Assembly (NCBI GenBank): GCA_052426225.1
Contig: JBNJNM010000021.1
Location: forward strand, 496,001 to 560,000
Direction of reading: 5' to 3'
Source of the DNA: Zancudomyces culisetae HAW-14-8
Taxonomy: Eukaryota > Fungi > Kickxellomycota
Length of the DNA: 64,000 nucleotides
The notes below the pieces were generated by a model that was not told the origin of the DNA, did not search any database, and saw only the letters and a list, made by a program, of their open reading frames with translations. The position numbers and the translations under genes were made by a program. Positions 37,088 to 50,000 of this stretch are shown piece by piece (within the stretch, counting starts at the first letter, position 1; each line of letters starts with the position of its first letter).

Positions 37088-38414
37088 TTATTTTTTCTCA
37101 TTCAAATCGAGGGTTTTTCCGGACTTCAGCTTTCCAAATATTCCTAAAGCCTGGCCCACTACACCTGTTATATCGTTGGCGTTAGAAGGAAGGATCAAGG
37201 TGTTAGATTCTTTGGCCAATCTACCAAATGCCTCCACATATTGTTGAGCAACTTGTAGAGCTGCAGCGTTGGCCCCATTTGGCGAGTTACCAATGGCTTG
37301 AGAAACTTTTTCAATGGCCCTGGCTTCAGCCTGTGCTGTCAGGAGGATAGCTTCGGCCTCACCAGCGGCTCTGTTGATTTGTTGTGCTTTCTCAGCCTCA
37401 GAAGCCAGAATTTGCGACTGCTTTCGACCCTCTGCAACGTTAATGGCGGCCTGCCGCTGACCTTCAGAATCCAAGATCTGTGCTCGCTTGCTTCGTTCAG
37501 CAGATACTTGAGAATGCATAGCCTCAACTACATTGTCTGGTGGATGGATATCTCTGATTTCATACCTTAGGCATCTAATTCCCCAAGAGTCTGCTGCTGT
37601 ATTGATTGCCTCGACAATATTTGCATTCAGCGTGTTTCTTTCAGCCAGCGTAGTATCTAAAGTCATTTGACCTATTTCAGCTCTCATTGTGGTTTGTGCA
37701 AGCTGGGAAACTGAAAAGTGTGCATCGAGTACGCCATATGATGCCTTGTATGGGTCTACAACTTTGTAGTAAAGAACACCATCGAGCTCAAGTGTAACGT
37801 TGTCCTGTGTGATTGCTGATTGCGTAGGTATTTCAATGGCAACCTCTTTCAAAGATTGAACATATGTTATTCTGTCCAAGAGAGGAATGAGTAGAGCCAA
37901 TCCAGGCTCCAGTATTCTGTTAAATTTTCCCATTCGTTCCACAATCCATGCTTCTTGTTGTGGGACAAATTTTACTATCTAAATATTTAGAAATATTTTC
38001 AGAGCTCATCTTTAAATTAATCAAACATTTTTCTTGAGTTTAAGCCTAATAGGGGCTGGGTATTACAAAAGTTTATTTTACCGTATTTGATGGCAAGGAT
38101 TTGCTTCTTAAAGCATGTACTCCGCCTCCTGCTCCTCCGCCTCGTCTATCGCCAACTCCTCTGGAATTCATAGGGTTAATTCTACCTTGGTTGTAATATA
38201 GCTTCTGTGCGGCGGGTAGTGATTTTGCTACTTGCTTTGCAGCAAATCCCACAAGTACATTGACTTGTTGCGGACCTTTTGCTACACGCTACCAGTATTT
38301 TTAAATAAATATGATTTTAGATGGTACAGAATTTGCAACAGTTGATGTCTTAATTGAAGAACTAAAAAAAAAAATCTGCACAATGTTAGCACTTACATTT
38401 ACTAAAAGACTCAT
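37088..38414 (-). CDS. Mitochondrial stomatin-like protein 2 (SPFH/band 7); exons ~38414-38397, ~38288-38082, 37978-37088
   Basis: FVPQQEAWIVERMGKF, QSAITQDNVTL, QLAQTTMRAEIG and WGIRCLRYEIRDI. The N-terminus is basic and presequence-like. Confidence 0.93.
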
Positions 38415-40078
38415 TTGGAGCGTTTGAATATAGTTTTACTGTGCCCTTTTCGGTGATATTTATTGCTATATTGAGAGGGGCAAGGTCTGAAATTGACAGT
38501 ATTGTATCTGCTGAAATTGATCGTAAGAGCGTTTACAAAAACAACTATTTTTTATTTGAGTTTAGTTTTTTAATTTTTGTGTACTATTATTACTCTTTTT
38601 TTTTAATATCTGTTTCTTTACCAGTAAATTGATAGCAATTTGCAGGTCCTTCTTGTCATTGCCAAGATAAAAAAATAAATATAACTCCGCTTGCTATTGG
38701 AATTTAATATAACATTAATTCCTTTTAACTAATATTTCCGAGCGCCTAGCAAACAGAAACTTGCTATATTAGTTTCAGGGAAGGGAGTAAGGGTACATTA
38801 TATGTGTACTGAGACCACTATCAATGTATAGGAAGGTTAAAAGACCACACACACACAAAAGATAATGTACGTTCCTAATGGTAGCAGAGCTCCATTTTGC
38901 TATCATTTTGACACTATTCTGTTACCCTTTAAGTGTATTGTTTGCTAAAAACAAATTGCAGTTAATAGTCATAGAAACCTTGGTAACCAAGCCAAAAGGC
39001 TGTATTGTACAATAACAACTACATGCCTCAGAGATTTGCCTAACTACTATTGCTATCAGACTTTAACCCACAAAGTGAGAGTTTTCTCGACCAAACGAGA
39101 CTTGGTTTTTAGTTTCCTATGAACGTGCGTTGTCCAAGCATCATATCGGACTTATAATGATGTTACAATTAGTAATACGATTTGATGATATTGCGAGTTA
39201 TATCTAGAGAGGAATACTGCAACTGAAAGCGTAAATAGTACTTTATATAGACTAAAGCAGGCGGTGTAAATAGATTGCGCTAATCTCAGAAGAGATACTA
39301 TATATACTTCTCTTTCTCACTTTCTTATTTTTTTTGCTACTTTAGATGAGGAAAATGTTAATAAAAAAATTCTAATTTTAAAAATGAGTTATTATATAGA
39401 TCAAATGTATTAGAGTTAGTTCATGGAAATTTTTGAGAGCTATATGAGAAAATGGGGTAATAAGGATATCATCATTACATGATAAACCAGAATATCTCGC
39501 GTCTACTTTAGTTATTGAGCTTTAAACTAATTGCAAAACCAAGTTTCGGTATCACTTGGTTCACTTTAAAGTTTTTTAAACAACTTTGTCTTTTCTTTTA
39601 AAAAAATAAGGCTGATTATCGGTGTATTGGCATTAACATATGATATATACTGCTATGCTCGATTTCATGTTATTTGCTTTTGTATTGGGCTTAGAATATT
39701 TCACGGGTATCTGCTTAGTTTCCCACATATCATTACCATTACCATTTTTGCAGTGTAGCTCATCTAGAGAATTTTCAGTAAAAAAAAATTTTTTTTTCGT
39801 TTGTCCTAGTTTGGATTTTGGTAGTGGGTATTCGTATTCGATCTGGCTTGATTTATCCATGAAAAAAATAATTTGATAACAGAGAGTAGGGCTTGAAATT
39901 CGAGTTTTGACTTATAGATTATATGCACTCACATTTCTCAATCATAAAAAATAAATAAACAGAACCATCCTTCTACTTTGAGTATAAAATACTCATTCAT
40001 CTATTAAAAATTCAAAGACACACGCTTCAATAAAATTTAACCAGGCGCCATATTGATACATTATCACAACGCTAAATA

Positions 40079-41200
40079 ATGCTTAGGTCATACTTGGCAA
40101 AGAAAAGGCTCGAATTGTTTCAGCAGAATTTGATCATTCTAAAACAAAGCAGATTGATCTCGACAAGCAAGGCAGCGAAAAATGAATCGGATATAACGAA
40201 AGAAACTACCGAGTCCAATGGAGATTCCTATTTTATCCCAGGTAAACGCGGATATTCACCACAGTTTTCGCCTCCAAAAGGTTGTCTTGCTGTACCAAAG
40301 GCGAAAAAGCCTTTGAAACAACCGGAGCAACTTCCACCATCCAAGCTCGAAAATTATCAACTTTCCGAAAAGGAGCGAGGAACAAAAGCAGGGTATAAGA
40401 AGGAGATGAAAAAGCTAAGATATCAATATTACAAGGAGTTTGTTGCAAATGAGGCCATAAAAGATAAGAACGCTAAACAAACACTGAAATTGGAGGCGGA
40501 AGAAAAAAGAAAAGCTAGAGAAAAAAGAATCGAGGAGCAAAGAGAATATTTTGAAAAGGTACTCAAAGATCCTTATTCACCCTTTAACGTTCTCAACCCT
40601 GAAGGCACGACCATTCTATCCAAAATTCCTGATAAGAACTTACAAGAAAAAGCCAAAGTATCATCTGAAAATGTTGCAAACTCAGAGTCAGGGTCAACAA
40701 AACAAAGTGAGAATTTAGAAACAAGCGTAGTTGGCACAAATACTAAAGATGTGCTCGTTGAATCCAAGGAAGTTGAAGATATCCTATTGAAAAGATCTAA
40801 ACTTCGACCTCCTAGAGTTACAGTCGAATACCCTGAAGAAGAAAACAGGATAGCCAAACAACTTCGTAAGCAAAGACGGGATAATTTCGAACGAGAAGTT
40901 AGTCAAAGAAGACAGGAGTTACTTTTGGAGCTGTATCACGAAGCTGAAAACTTCATTACCTATGAAAACATGGAAGAAAAAATTAGCGAATTCTTTAGTG
41001 GAAGCGAACTCGTTGACTTTTACGATCTCCCAACCTTGCTAGATAACCTAAGCACAAATGGTGGTGTTTTGACATCGACAGAATCTGCGAAAAGAGATAT
41101 GGACTTTGAGAATGCACTTGATGGTACCGTCGGTCCCAGGCATGGTGTAGGTCTCTCCGATGTGCTGGAATATAAGAAGAATCATGAGTCGCAGCCTTGA
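40079..41200 (+). CDS. Probable mitochondrial small-subunit ribosomal protein mS26-like
   Basis: Mitochondrial presequence (MLRSYLAKKR...SRLISTS), charged helices, and LYHEAENFITYENMEEKI, which resembles the mS26 NFITxENLExxI motif. Confidence 0.65.
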   Translation: MLRSYLAKKRLELFQQNLIILKQSRLISTSKAAKNESDITKETTESNGDSYFIPGKRGYSPQFSPPKGCLAVPKAKKPLKQPEQLPPSKLENYQLSEKERGTKAGYKKEMKKLRYQYYKEFVANEAIKDKNAKQTLKLEAEEKRKAREKRIEEQREYFEKVLKDPYSPFNVLNPEGTTILSKIPDKNLQEKAKVSSENVANSESGSTKQSENLETSVVGTNTKDVLVESKEVEDILLKRSKLRPPRVTVEYPEEENRIAKQLRKQRRDNFEREVSQRRQELLLELYHEAENFITYENMEEKISEFFSGSELVDFYDLPTLLDNLSTNGGVLTSTESAKRDMDFENALDGTVGPRHGVGLSDVLEYKKNHESQP

Positions 41201-41448
41201 TTTCCTCATTTTTTTAATTTATATACTTCCCTTGTTTATTTTTTTCCCTATAAACTACAATAAAACGCTTTTTTGATATCCATCAGATCAACAAATGCTA
41301 GGATATTATATTTTCTTCTAAGTGTATTTTTTATTGGTAGTAGAATGTCATGAACTATAAAGTAAATCTAAGCCAGAAAATCGTACATCTAAATTCTCTA
41401 GAGAGCGCGAGAAGTAAAGCAAAAATTAAATGGCTCACAGTAAAGGAT

Positions 41449-42606
41449 TCAAATCCTAGAGTATTCATTTTCTGCCAACTCCAAAAACTCCCGCTTGTCA
41501 ATGTTAAATTTCTTTGCAAAGTACGCTGCTGAAGAGAGAACTTGTTTTATATGGAAAGTACAACTACCATCAGTGTCAACGTGTCCAGACCTACCATTTC
41601 CGAGGTCTCTTTTCGCAGAGTTCAGTAAAAGTATTTTGTGTTTTTCAAACATTCCATACCTTTCTGCGTCGATATCGAATGAATGCAACTCATTTCCTCT
41701 TCTTTTCAAAGGATTTATATCTTTATCTGTATAATCTCTGTTCCCTTCAGTATTTCCGGTATTTGGAACATTTACTGTCCCAGGGTTAAAGCGGTCGTTT
41801 TGTGGTAAAGGCTCATCGTTCATGTAGTGTCTAGAACCCTGGAAAGATTCAACTTCATCCTCCTGGCAAAACATATCCCAATAGCTTTCGGCACCCCCTG
41901 AAACTACATCAGTGTTATGCTCCTTTACTTCAACAATATCCTCCCCGCCATCCACGTCAAATCTGTTCCAGTAATCGTCTTCTTCATTCTTGGCACTGCT
42001 TTTACCAATAGTGCTGTCTCCATGTAACTCCATTTGAAGATTTGAAAACTCCACCCACTCAGCTTTCTCGCCCTTCCAGTCACATACCACCTTGGAATTT
42101 AGAACAAACCATCCGGATCTTTCAAAAAGCAAGATTATACAGTACACACTGTACGCGTCTGTTGTCAATTGCTTCTTTTTTCCAATGGGAACAAGACAAT
42201 TTAAATCCTCCGTGCTTGGGATTTTCTTGTAAAAAATACCCAGCTCTTTAGCACATGAGCCTATATTATCGATATCACACTCTTCACGTATATACCTTCC
42301 ACAATCATCCTGCTGCCATTGGCTCGCAAAATCTAGCTCATCTAAGCTGGTATTTTCGCTTTCTTCTCCTTCTATTTCTATAAATTCTACTGTGTTAAAT
42401 CTCTTATTCGCATTAGACATGTTGAATTCTTGTATTTTTCGTTCTGATGGTCCTAGAAAATCCATCCGGCTCCTTAGTATTCCACAAGATAAATTCAACA
42501 TTGCCCCTAGATCGCTACTTTTTCTTGCCTTTGTATATGTGATAGCCACATTAATAACATCATTTTCCATCTCCCCCATACTTTTATTCTCTATTGTACG
42601 GTCCAT
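41449..42606 (-). CDS. Acidic hypothetical protein, resembling an uncharacterised fungal family
   Basis: 385-aa ORF with DDYWNRFD and SYWDMF motifs and a C-terminal HIKQVLSSAAYFAKKFNIDKREFLEL helix. The family resemblance is from memory. Confidence 0.75.
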   Translation of the reverse strand: MDRTIENKSMGEMENDVINVAITYTKARKSSDLGAMLNLSCGILRSRMDFLGPSERKIQEFNMSNANKRFNTVEFIEIEGEESENTSLDELDFASQWQQDDCGRYIREECDIDNIGSCAKELGIFYKKIPSTEDLNCLVPIGKKKQLTTDAYSVYCIILLFERSGWFVLNSKVVCDWKGEKAEWVEFSNLQMELHGDSTIGKSSAKNEEDDYWNRFDVDGGEDIVEVKEHNTDVVSGGAESYWDMFCQEDEVESFQGSRHYMNDEPLPQNDRFNPGTVNVPNTGNTEGNRDYTDKDINPLKRRGNELHSFDIDAERYGMFEKHKILLLNSAKRDLGNGRSGHVDTDGSCTFHIKQVLSSAAYFAKKFNIDKREFLELAENEYSRI

Positions 42607-43585
42607 CTTTGATATTCGGCAGATTCTAGTACTAGTTTTACTCGAGTTTATATTTGTGCATTTTATTTTGTACTTGATTCTTTAGTGATGCCTTTGGAAT
42701 GTTTTCAGAAAATAATTGAATCGATTTAATTTTCCTAGCTTTATCCTTTGGCTGTTTTGGTGCGCTTTTTATCAGCTATGGTTGTACAAAATGCTTTTAG
42801 TTTGCATAATTTGCGTTCCTTGCTCACAATTTGTTGAAAGGCGGTTTGAATTCGCAGTAAACAACAAAAACATAGTAGGGAGGAGGGGAGGGGGAGATAG
42901 CAACTTTGAAAATTAATTAAAAGCAAACATTATGAAACATCAACATTCATACTACCGGTCAAAAAGTATATGTAAGCTCCATATTCTGACATCTCGGCTT
43001 AATATGTCACGTATGTATGACAATATAGTAAGAATATTATATTTCTTGCATGGTTGACCTTTATGAATTTGTGAACGCTAGTATTTGTATGTATAACCAT
43101 CAGTACAGCATAGTCAAATAGCTGCTACTTCTGGTGATATTCCCACGAGCATTTTTAATATACCACCATCCAGAATAATTGACCAGATCCACTCGTCTAA
43201 AAAATTGCCAGCTAATCCCCTCTCTCAAACCCAGCCACGAGTCAAAACTTATTACGATGTATCACTGTGTGTGAGTTTCACAAAGTTGAATTCTGCCACT
43301 TTCTATATTCCATACTGTATATCTATTTTTGTAATATCTCTCAATGCCTCATAAATACCCAAATGCTTAGCCATAAAAGTTATCTAATCCATCTACAGCC
43401 TACAATCTGGATAAAGCTATGGATATTTGTCTCTAAAATTGGTGCAGAACTGGTGGGAAATCCCATGGATTTGTAATTCGCACCATAAAGCCGATTTTAC
43501 AAACATTTATTAATAAAAGAAATATCTCCATTCAATAACAGCTGCTCTTATCCGATACCTTAAAAACATACTTTATTAGTCAAAA

Positions 43586-45012
43586 ATGAGAAAAATTCAA
43601 TTAGGCGATTTGAAATTTACTAGATATCCCTTTAGATATGCTATAGGTATGTTTACCATCTATTTTTTAATCATCCATTGAAAAAGTATACACATTCATT
43701 GTTCAATCACCACAATACTTTTTAGGAAAAGAGATTAATGTCTTTATTTCGCTATGGTAATTTATTTTTATTTTTTTGTTGTAAGTATATACGTGATAGT
43801 GCTTTCAAACATATCTATAAAAAACAGTATTCTATAAAAAGAATATATCATTTCTAGGCGAGGAGATATCACAACATTGGAAGTTGATGCAATTGTGAAC
43901 GCAGCAAATAATAGCTTACTGGGTGGTGGTGGTGGTAAATATAGTCTAAAAAATTCGTACTGTTATTGCACATACTCGAGGTTACTTTATTCATGACTAA
44001 TTCCCGCTCACTTACTTTCTATTTTTTTATAGTCGACGGAGCGATACACAAGTAAAATGAGCAAATGAATTGTACAATACAAATCTTGTTGATCCAGTAG
44101 GAAACTAATACAAACATATATTTAGAGCTGCTGGACCAAACCTACTAGAAGAGTGCAGAGGGCTTGGTGGTTGTCAGACAGGTGTAAGAAAAAACGTAAC
44201 ATGCCTTTTTTTTTGTATTCCATGTTAACTCTGCCACTTTTATGCTTTTTTAGGAAGCAAAGATAACAAAGGGACACAACTTGTTTGCTAAGAGTAGGTT
44301 TAGCTCTCTAACTACGTTGTTTATCTGCTTTTATATATAACAAACAAAAATACATGTTAGACGTTATTCACACTGTCGGACCCATTGGAGAAAACCCGCA
44401 AATGCTCTCAAAATGCTATAAAAACAGCATGGAGCTCCTGTCGCAGGCAAAACTGAACTCAATTGTAATGTTTTATTTTTTACTATCTTTTGACATTATA
44501 AGCAATGCCTCACATTTAGCATATTTACTCACCCTTTTACTCACTTTTGTCTTTTTTTTTGAAAAAAAAAAAACATATGGTATACAACAAAAAAGGCTTT
44601 TCCTTGCATTTCAACAGGTGTTTATGGCTACCCTGCCGATTTAGCAGCTCCAACCGCGCTAGCCGCGATAATCGATTGGATTTTTCATGCAGGCGAAAGA
44701 GCCAAGGTACTCTTTGATAACTTGTACAAAAGATAGATATCCAGTATTTACGCTGACTAGTACACATAGGACATGCACATTGTAATTTGCACATTCTTGG
44801 AATCAGACTATGAACTATACAGCAAGTTTCTTCCAGATTATTTGCCAAGAATGATTTACAAACTTACTGGGTAAGCAGACCTTGTTTTTAGTTGTGCCCA
44901 TACGAACTATACTCTTAGCAAAGGTCATTTTGTAAACAAAACAAAAAAATATGAAATATACGTGTCTAGTCAAGTTATCCACCAGGAAGAAATGATGAAA
45001 AACTCCGTGTAG
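43586..45012 (+). CDS. MacroD-type macrodomain (ADP-ribose glycohydrolase / O-acetyl-ADP-ribose deacetylase), 10 exons
   Basis: Spliced [37 protein letters not shown]...VIHTVGP...[13 protein letters not shown]. Exons 43586-43646, 43726-43756, 43858-43934, 44033-44051, 44126-44183, 44254-44293, 44361-44464, 44596-44706, 44770-44870, 44970-45012. Confidence 0.92.
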
Positions 45013-46310
45013 TACCAGGTATCTAGCAAATGAGTTTTGCAAAGTGTCTGTTGCCAAGCTTTAGCGTTTTTAAAAAAGGATATATTTTTACAGTATATTT
45101 AAACACATAGCCTGTGATCTGTGAACGCTTTTTGCTCGCAGCATCCAACATATGTTTTGGTTTTCATTAAATATTTTCGGTCCTGTAACCCTTTATCTAT
45201 TTAGTAAAACCTTTTGGAGAAAAAAAAATATGGGTTGTGTATAGCCTGGAGCATTCTTGTGGCTATCTCTATATCTGTAGGCATACTTTGGCAGAAGAAT
45301 ATGCGTAGCTTTTTGTTAAATAGCGTGGTCAATGGGATTGATCCAGTTGTAAATATTTGAACATGTACGCTAGAGCGAGTTGTACTGTTCTGGAAGATGG
45401 TTATCGGGCATGTGATTTTCTGATCATCTAAGATGCACCATCCTCTTGCAGTGTAAATGCATCGGTTTTGAGATTTGATTGGAATGAGCTGCTCCAAACA
45501 CTACCTAGGCTAATTCACAGCAGCCAAATATCCGTCAAGTTAGCCTCTTCATAAAACAATCAAAAAAAAAAAGTAAAAACCCTATTTTTCCCAACCACAT
45601 CTCCAAAATATCTGGTATAGCACGCGCACTTTACTAATAACTAGGAGTGGATGGTTAATTATGAGGCAGCAGCCATCTGAGAATGTGAAAATTTTCCAGC
45701 ATGGGCGTACTAGGGTTTCTGGCAAATTATCATGAAACCTCATAATGCTGCATGGAATATGAAACAGCATTTATTCTTTCTTATTCTCTCCGCCCCACCA
45801 GACTCAAAAAATCACCCAGAAAGATATAAATTTATAGGCCAAAACGTTTCAGTAGAGCGAGATGCATTTGTTATTTCTAATCAAAAAACTGGTATCTTTT
45901 TCGATTTTCGTTTCCATTATTTTACCGAAATCAAGCGCATTAATCCAGATATCCTATTGGGTCGTTCTTGCTTATTAATAACAACAGCAATTTGCTCTGC
46001 AAATAATATCGCATTTTCGTTTGCATTTTTTTTTAATATTTCATTGCCTTTATCTGTAACTGCCAAAATAATTGCAGACAAGCTTAGCGGTTTCAAAATC
46101 ACCATCATATTGAAGGGGGGAAAGATTGGTAATAAAATAAAAAAATATCACAGGTTGCTGATTAGAAAAAGTCAGAAAAAAAGCGCCCTATTCCTGTGAT
46201 TTTTACTTAAAAGCATACCTGTTCATATTTAAATAAAAGATAAATTACACAAAAAACGTTAGAAAACTCTTTCTATCAATTTAATTAATTGTAACAGAAA
46301 ATTCTAAGAT

Positions 46311-47953
46311 ATGGCTTCTCAACACCCAAGTGACGCTCCAAAAATAGCAAACCACGGAGTTTTGACTACCAGCAATGGAAACCCAGTCAGATATAACCAG
46401 ACCTCCACCACCGCCGGACCAAAAGGACCAGTGTAAGTTACTAACTTTAGATGCACACATTTATAGTTCATCTGTCGATACTATTTTCTACATCTTCAGA
46501 TATACATATATACCCTACTTTTCTAAACAAATAGAAAAGAAAAAGGAAGACTAACACACCGTACAATATAATACAAAAAATTAGACTTATCCAGGATTTC
46601 CATTTAATCGACAAACTCGCTCACTTTGATCGTGAGAGAATTCCAGAGCGTGTTGTTCATGCCAAGGGCGCAGGTGCACATGGTTATTTCGAGGTTACCC
46701 ATGATATCACCAAATACACTGATGCCAAGTTCTTGAACAAGATTGGAAAGAGAACACCGGTATTCACTAGATTTTCAACCGTTGGTGGTGAAGCAGGTTC
46801 TGCAGATACTGCTCGTGATCCAAGAGGCTTTGCTGTCAAATTCTATACCGAAGAAGGTAACTGGGATATGGTTGGAAACAACACACCAGTCTTTTTTATT
46901 AGAGATGCGTTGAAGTTCCCTGATTTTATTCACACCCAAAAGAGAAACCCACAAACACACTTGCCAGATATGGATATGTTCTGGGACTTTTTGTCACTTG
47001 TACCAGAATCAGTTCACCAAGTCACAGTTCTCATGTCAGACCGTGGTATCCCCGACGGCTACAGACACATGAACGGTTACTCTGGACACACCCTTTCTCT
47101 TGTAAAGAACGATGGTTCATATGTCTGGGCAAAATGGCACTTTAAAACCGACCAAGGTATCAAGTGTTTCCATGCCCCAGAGGCCGCAAAGCTTGCCGGA
47201 GAAGATCCTAACTATGCAACAAGGGATCTATTCAATGCCATCGAGAGAGGCGACCACCCATCCTGGTCTGTGTATGTTCAAATTGTAAAACCAGAGGACG
47301 TAGAAAAGCTGGATTTCGATCTATTTGACATCACCAAGGTTCTTCCACACAAGGACTTCCCACTCATCCCAGTAGGAAAGATGGTCTTGAACCGTAACCC
47401 AGAAAATTACTTTGCAGAAGTCGAGCAATCTGCCTTTTCACCATCCCACATGGTTCCAGGTATCTCTGTCTCACCAGATCGTATGTTGCAAGGCCGTTTG
47501 TTCTCATACCCAGATACCCACAGACACCGCTTGGGTGTAAACTACACTCAAATACCAATCAACTCACCATTGAGCGCATCCAGCCACCAACGTGACGGTT
47601 ACATGACCGTAAACGGAAATGGAGGTAAGCTTCCAAACTATGAACCAAACAGTTTTGGAGGACCTTACCAAAACAACCTCAGCGGAACCACATTCCCTGA
47701 GGCCGTCTCTGTGTCTGGAACCGTCGGTAGCCACCCATATGTACTTTCAGATGTTGACTTCAGACAAGCTTGTGCACTCTACAACTTGATGAACGAAGGA
47801 GAAAAGAACCGTCTTGCCAGTAACATTGCTGACGGACTCCACCAAGCTAAGCTCTTTATTCAAAAACGCCAGGTGGCTGTCTTTGCACGTGTCAACAAGG
47901 ATTACGGCCAACGTGTTGAAAGAGAGCTCAGAAAGAGAGGATCCCACATCTAA
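46311..47953 (+). CDS. CTA1: Small-subunit monofunctional heme catalase, probably peroxisomal; exons 46311-46432 and 46585-47953
   Basis: [25 protein letters not shown] and RLFSYPDTH (proximal Tyr). C-terminal SHI is a PTS1-like tripeptide. Codon usage is C-ending biased. Confidence 0.96.
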
Positions 47954-48388
47954 TTTACTTTAATATTTGTTTTGTTTTATCTTTGCTTTCTGTTTCAAGT
48001 ATTTTAGTTTTCTGGGCTTACTTATTGTATAAGATGAAGCTTTGAATGGTTGGAGATTATATTAAAAGTCGTTAACTAAAAAAGAATGTTACAATGATCA
48101 ATTATTGGTTGTGAAAATATGTCCGAGTAAGGAGTATTGCAGTTTTTTGTCTTGTAAAATGAACCGGAGATGGTAAATAGCTTTTTTACGAATCAATACA
48201 AGCTTTATTGAACTTGATAAGGTAGGAGATTGATGGTGCTATCTTTAGATATATAAGTCTTGGTTAGAGAAAGTATACTTTCACTTAATATCCTATATAA
48301 AACAAAAACAATTCAAAAAAGTAGCTATAAAATTATACATAAAAATTATATTTGAAATATATTATTTTTAAAACTTTTTAAAAAAGAA

Positions 48389-48485
48389 GCTTCATTAGCA
48401 TAGTTGGTTAATGCGTCGTGCTTATAGTATAAACAACTATGATAGAGTCACGCGAAGATCACCAGTTCGATCCTGGTATGAAGCA
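48389..48485 (+). tRNA. tRNA-Ile(TAT) with a 23-nt intron (48427-48449)
   Basis: Acceptor stem GCTTCAT/ATGAAGC, D arm GCAT-AGTTGGTTA-ATGC, anticodon stem TCGTG/CGCGA with CT-TAT-A, T arm ACCAG-TTCGATC-CTGGT, and a downstream T-run terminator. Confidence 0.95.
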
Positions 48486-50000
48486 TTATTTTTATTTTTT
48501 ATTTTTATTATTGGGATAATAACATTTTGTTGTTGGTATGCTTTTTATTTTATCTGAGAGGGGTTTGTAGTATATGACTACATTCTTTTTTTATCTGGAA
48601 ATAATAAACAGTTCATGACAGGACACGACTATCAACATGAGCGCGATTTTTGGAAACGTTGTGGAAATCTCTATATTAGTATGTGTGAAATTACTTAATG
48701 ATCAATGAAGCATAAAAAGAAACGATATCCCTTTTTTCATAAATATATTTTACAATGCACTACATATTATTAACTTAAAAATGGCAGTTAAGCAATATTG
48801 CCATCTATAACCGACAACCTCAGTGTTATACTAAAACCAGTCATCAACTTTACAGGAAAACATTTCAAGCTGAATATAACACCGACGAAACTTTACAACG
48901 TTCATTAATTTTTAACATTTGTAGTGAGGATAATAGCATACAAACACCAATTAACCGTCTATATATTTTTTGTAATATATTTTTCACAAAGTTTTTGAGT
49001 GTTTTTAATTCCCTTGGTGGGATATTTTTAAAATGGTGTATTTCATAATATGAATAAATTGTGGGTAATGATGCAAGTTTATTATTTTTGATTTTGTATT
49101 CATTACAAGATTGGGGATACAGATGATTTTCACTGTTGTATATTGTATGTTAGATGTGATTATACATTTGGCAAGACAAAGGTATCACAAATTTTAACCG
49201 TACGCAAGATGCATAACATGACACTTTAATGTTATTCTTAGAAGTTAATGAATTAGGAAGCGGTTAGATTATGGAAAATAAACACTCAACCTCCAGATTC
49301 GGGTATTGTATTTCGGCATATATCGGTGTATTTCTATACGTTTTTGTGACGGGAAGGGGGCTTTGTGTTCACCATTATTTAATATCCGTAAGAGAGATAC
49401 CTCTTCCAATATTGTATAAATAATCATGTAACTGTCTCATCGATACACGATGGTTTTCCTAACCCGGCATAAATCAGCAAGTCATAAAAAATAGAGTATA
49501 CTACTGACAACAAAAGAGGCACCAAAACACGAGTTTGGGTGATTTGGCGGACATTTCTTTTGTCGACACATTTTACCCATTTTCCCAACAAAAGGTACCA
49601 CTCGTTTCGGCTCAGAATATGGTCTTTTAATTTGTTGAGTGGAAAGCGGACACACCTTATAATGTATATACATCAACCCACAAGCACTGTAGACCAGTAT
49701 GGCCAAGCACATCTACAATCAACACTCACTCACACCATGGTGATTTCAATATCTCATTACTCAGCTTGTATCCAAAAATTCCAGAGCTTACAATTACTAA
49801 GCGTGTAAAAAGTTCATAAGTGAACAATTCAATCATATAAAGCAATTCAATTCTTCAACTATTTAATAGGACCCTTTTCTTTTACAGCATCTTTCGTTTA
49901 CCGAATATCTAATTCGTTTCCTTATTTTTTTATAAGTCTTTAATACCCTTAAATTTTTATGAGAGCAAACAAAAAGCGCAATTATTGTATTGGTGTTAAG

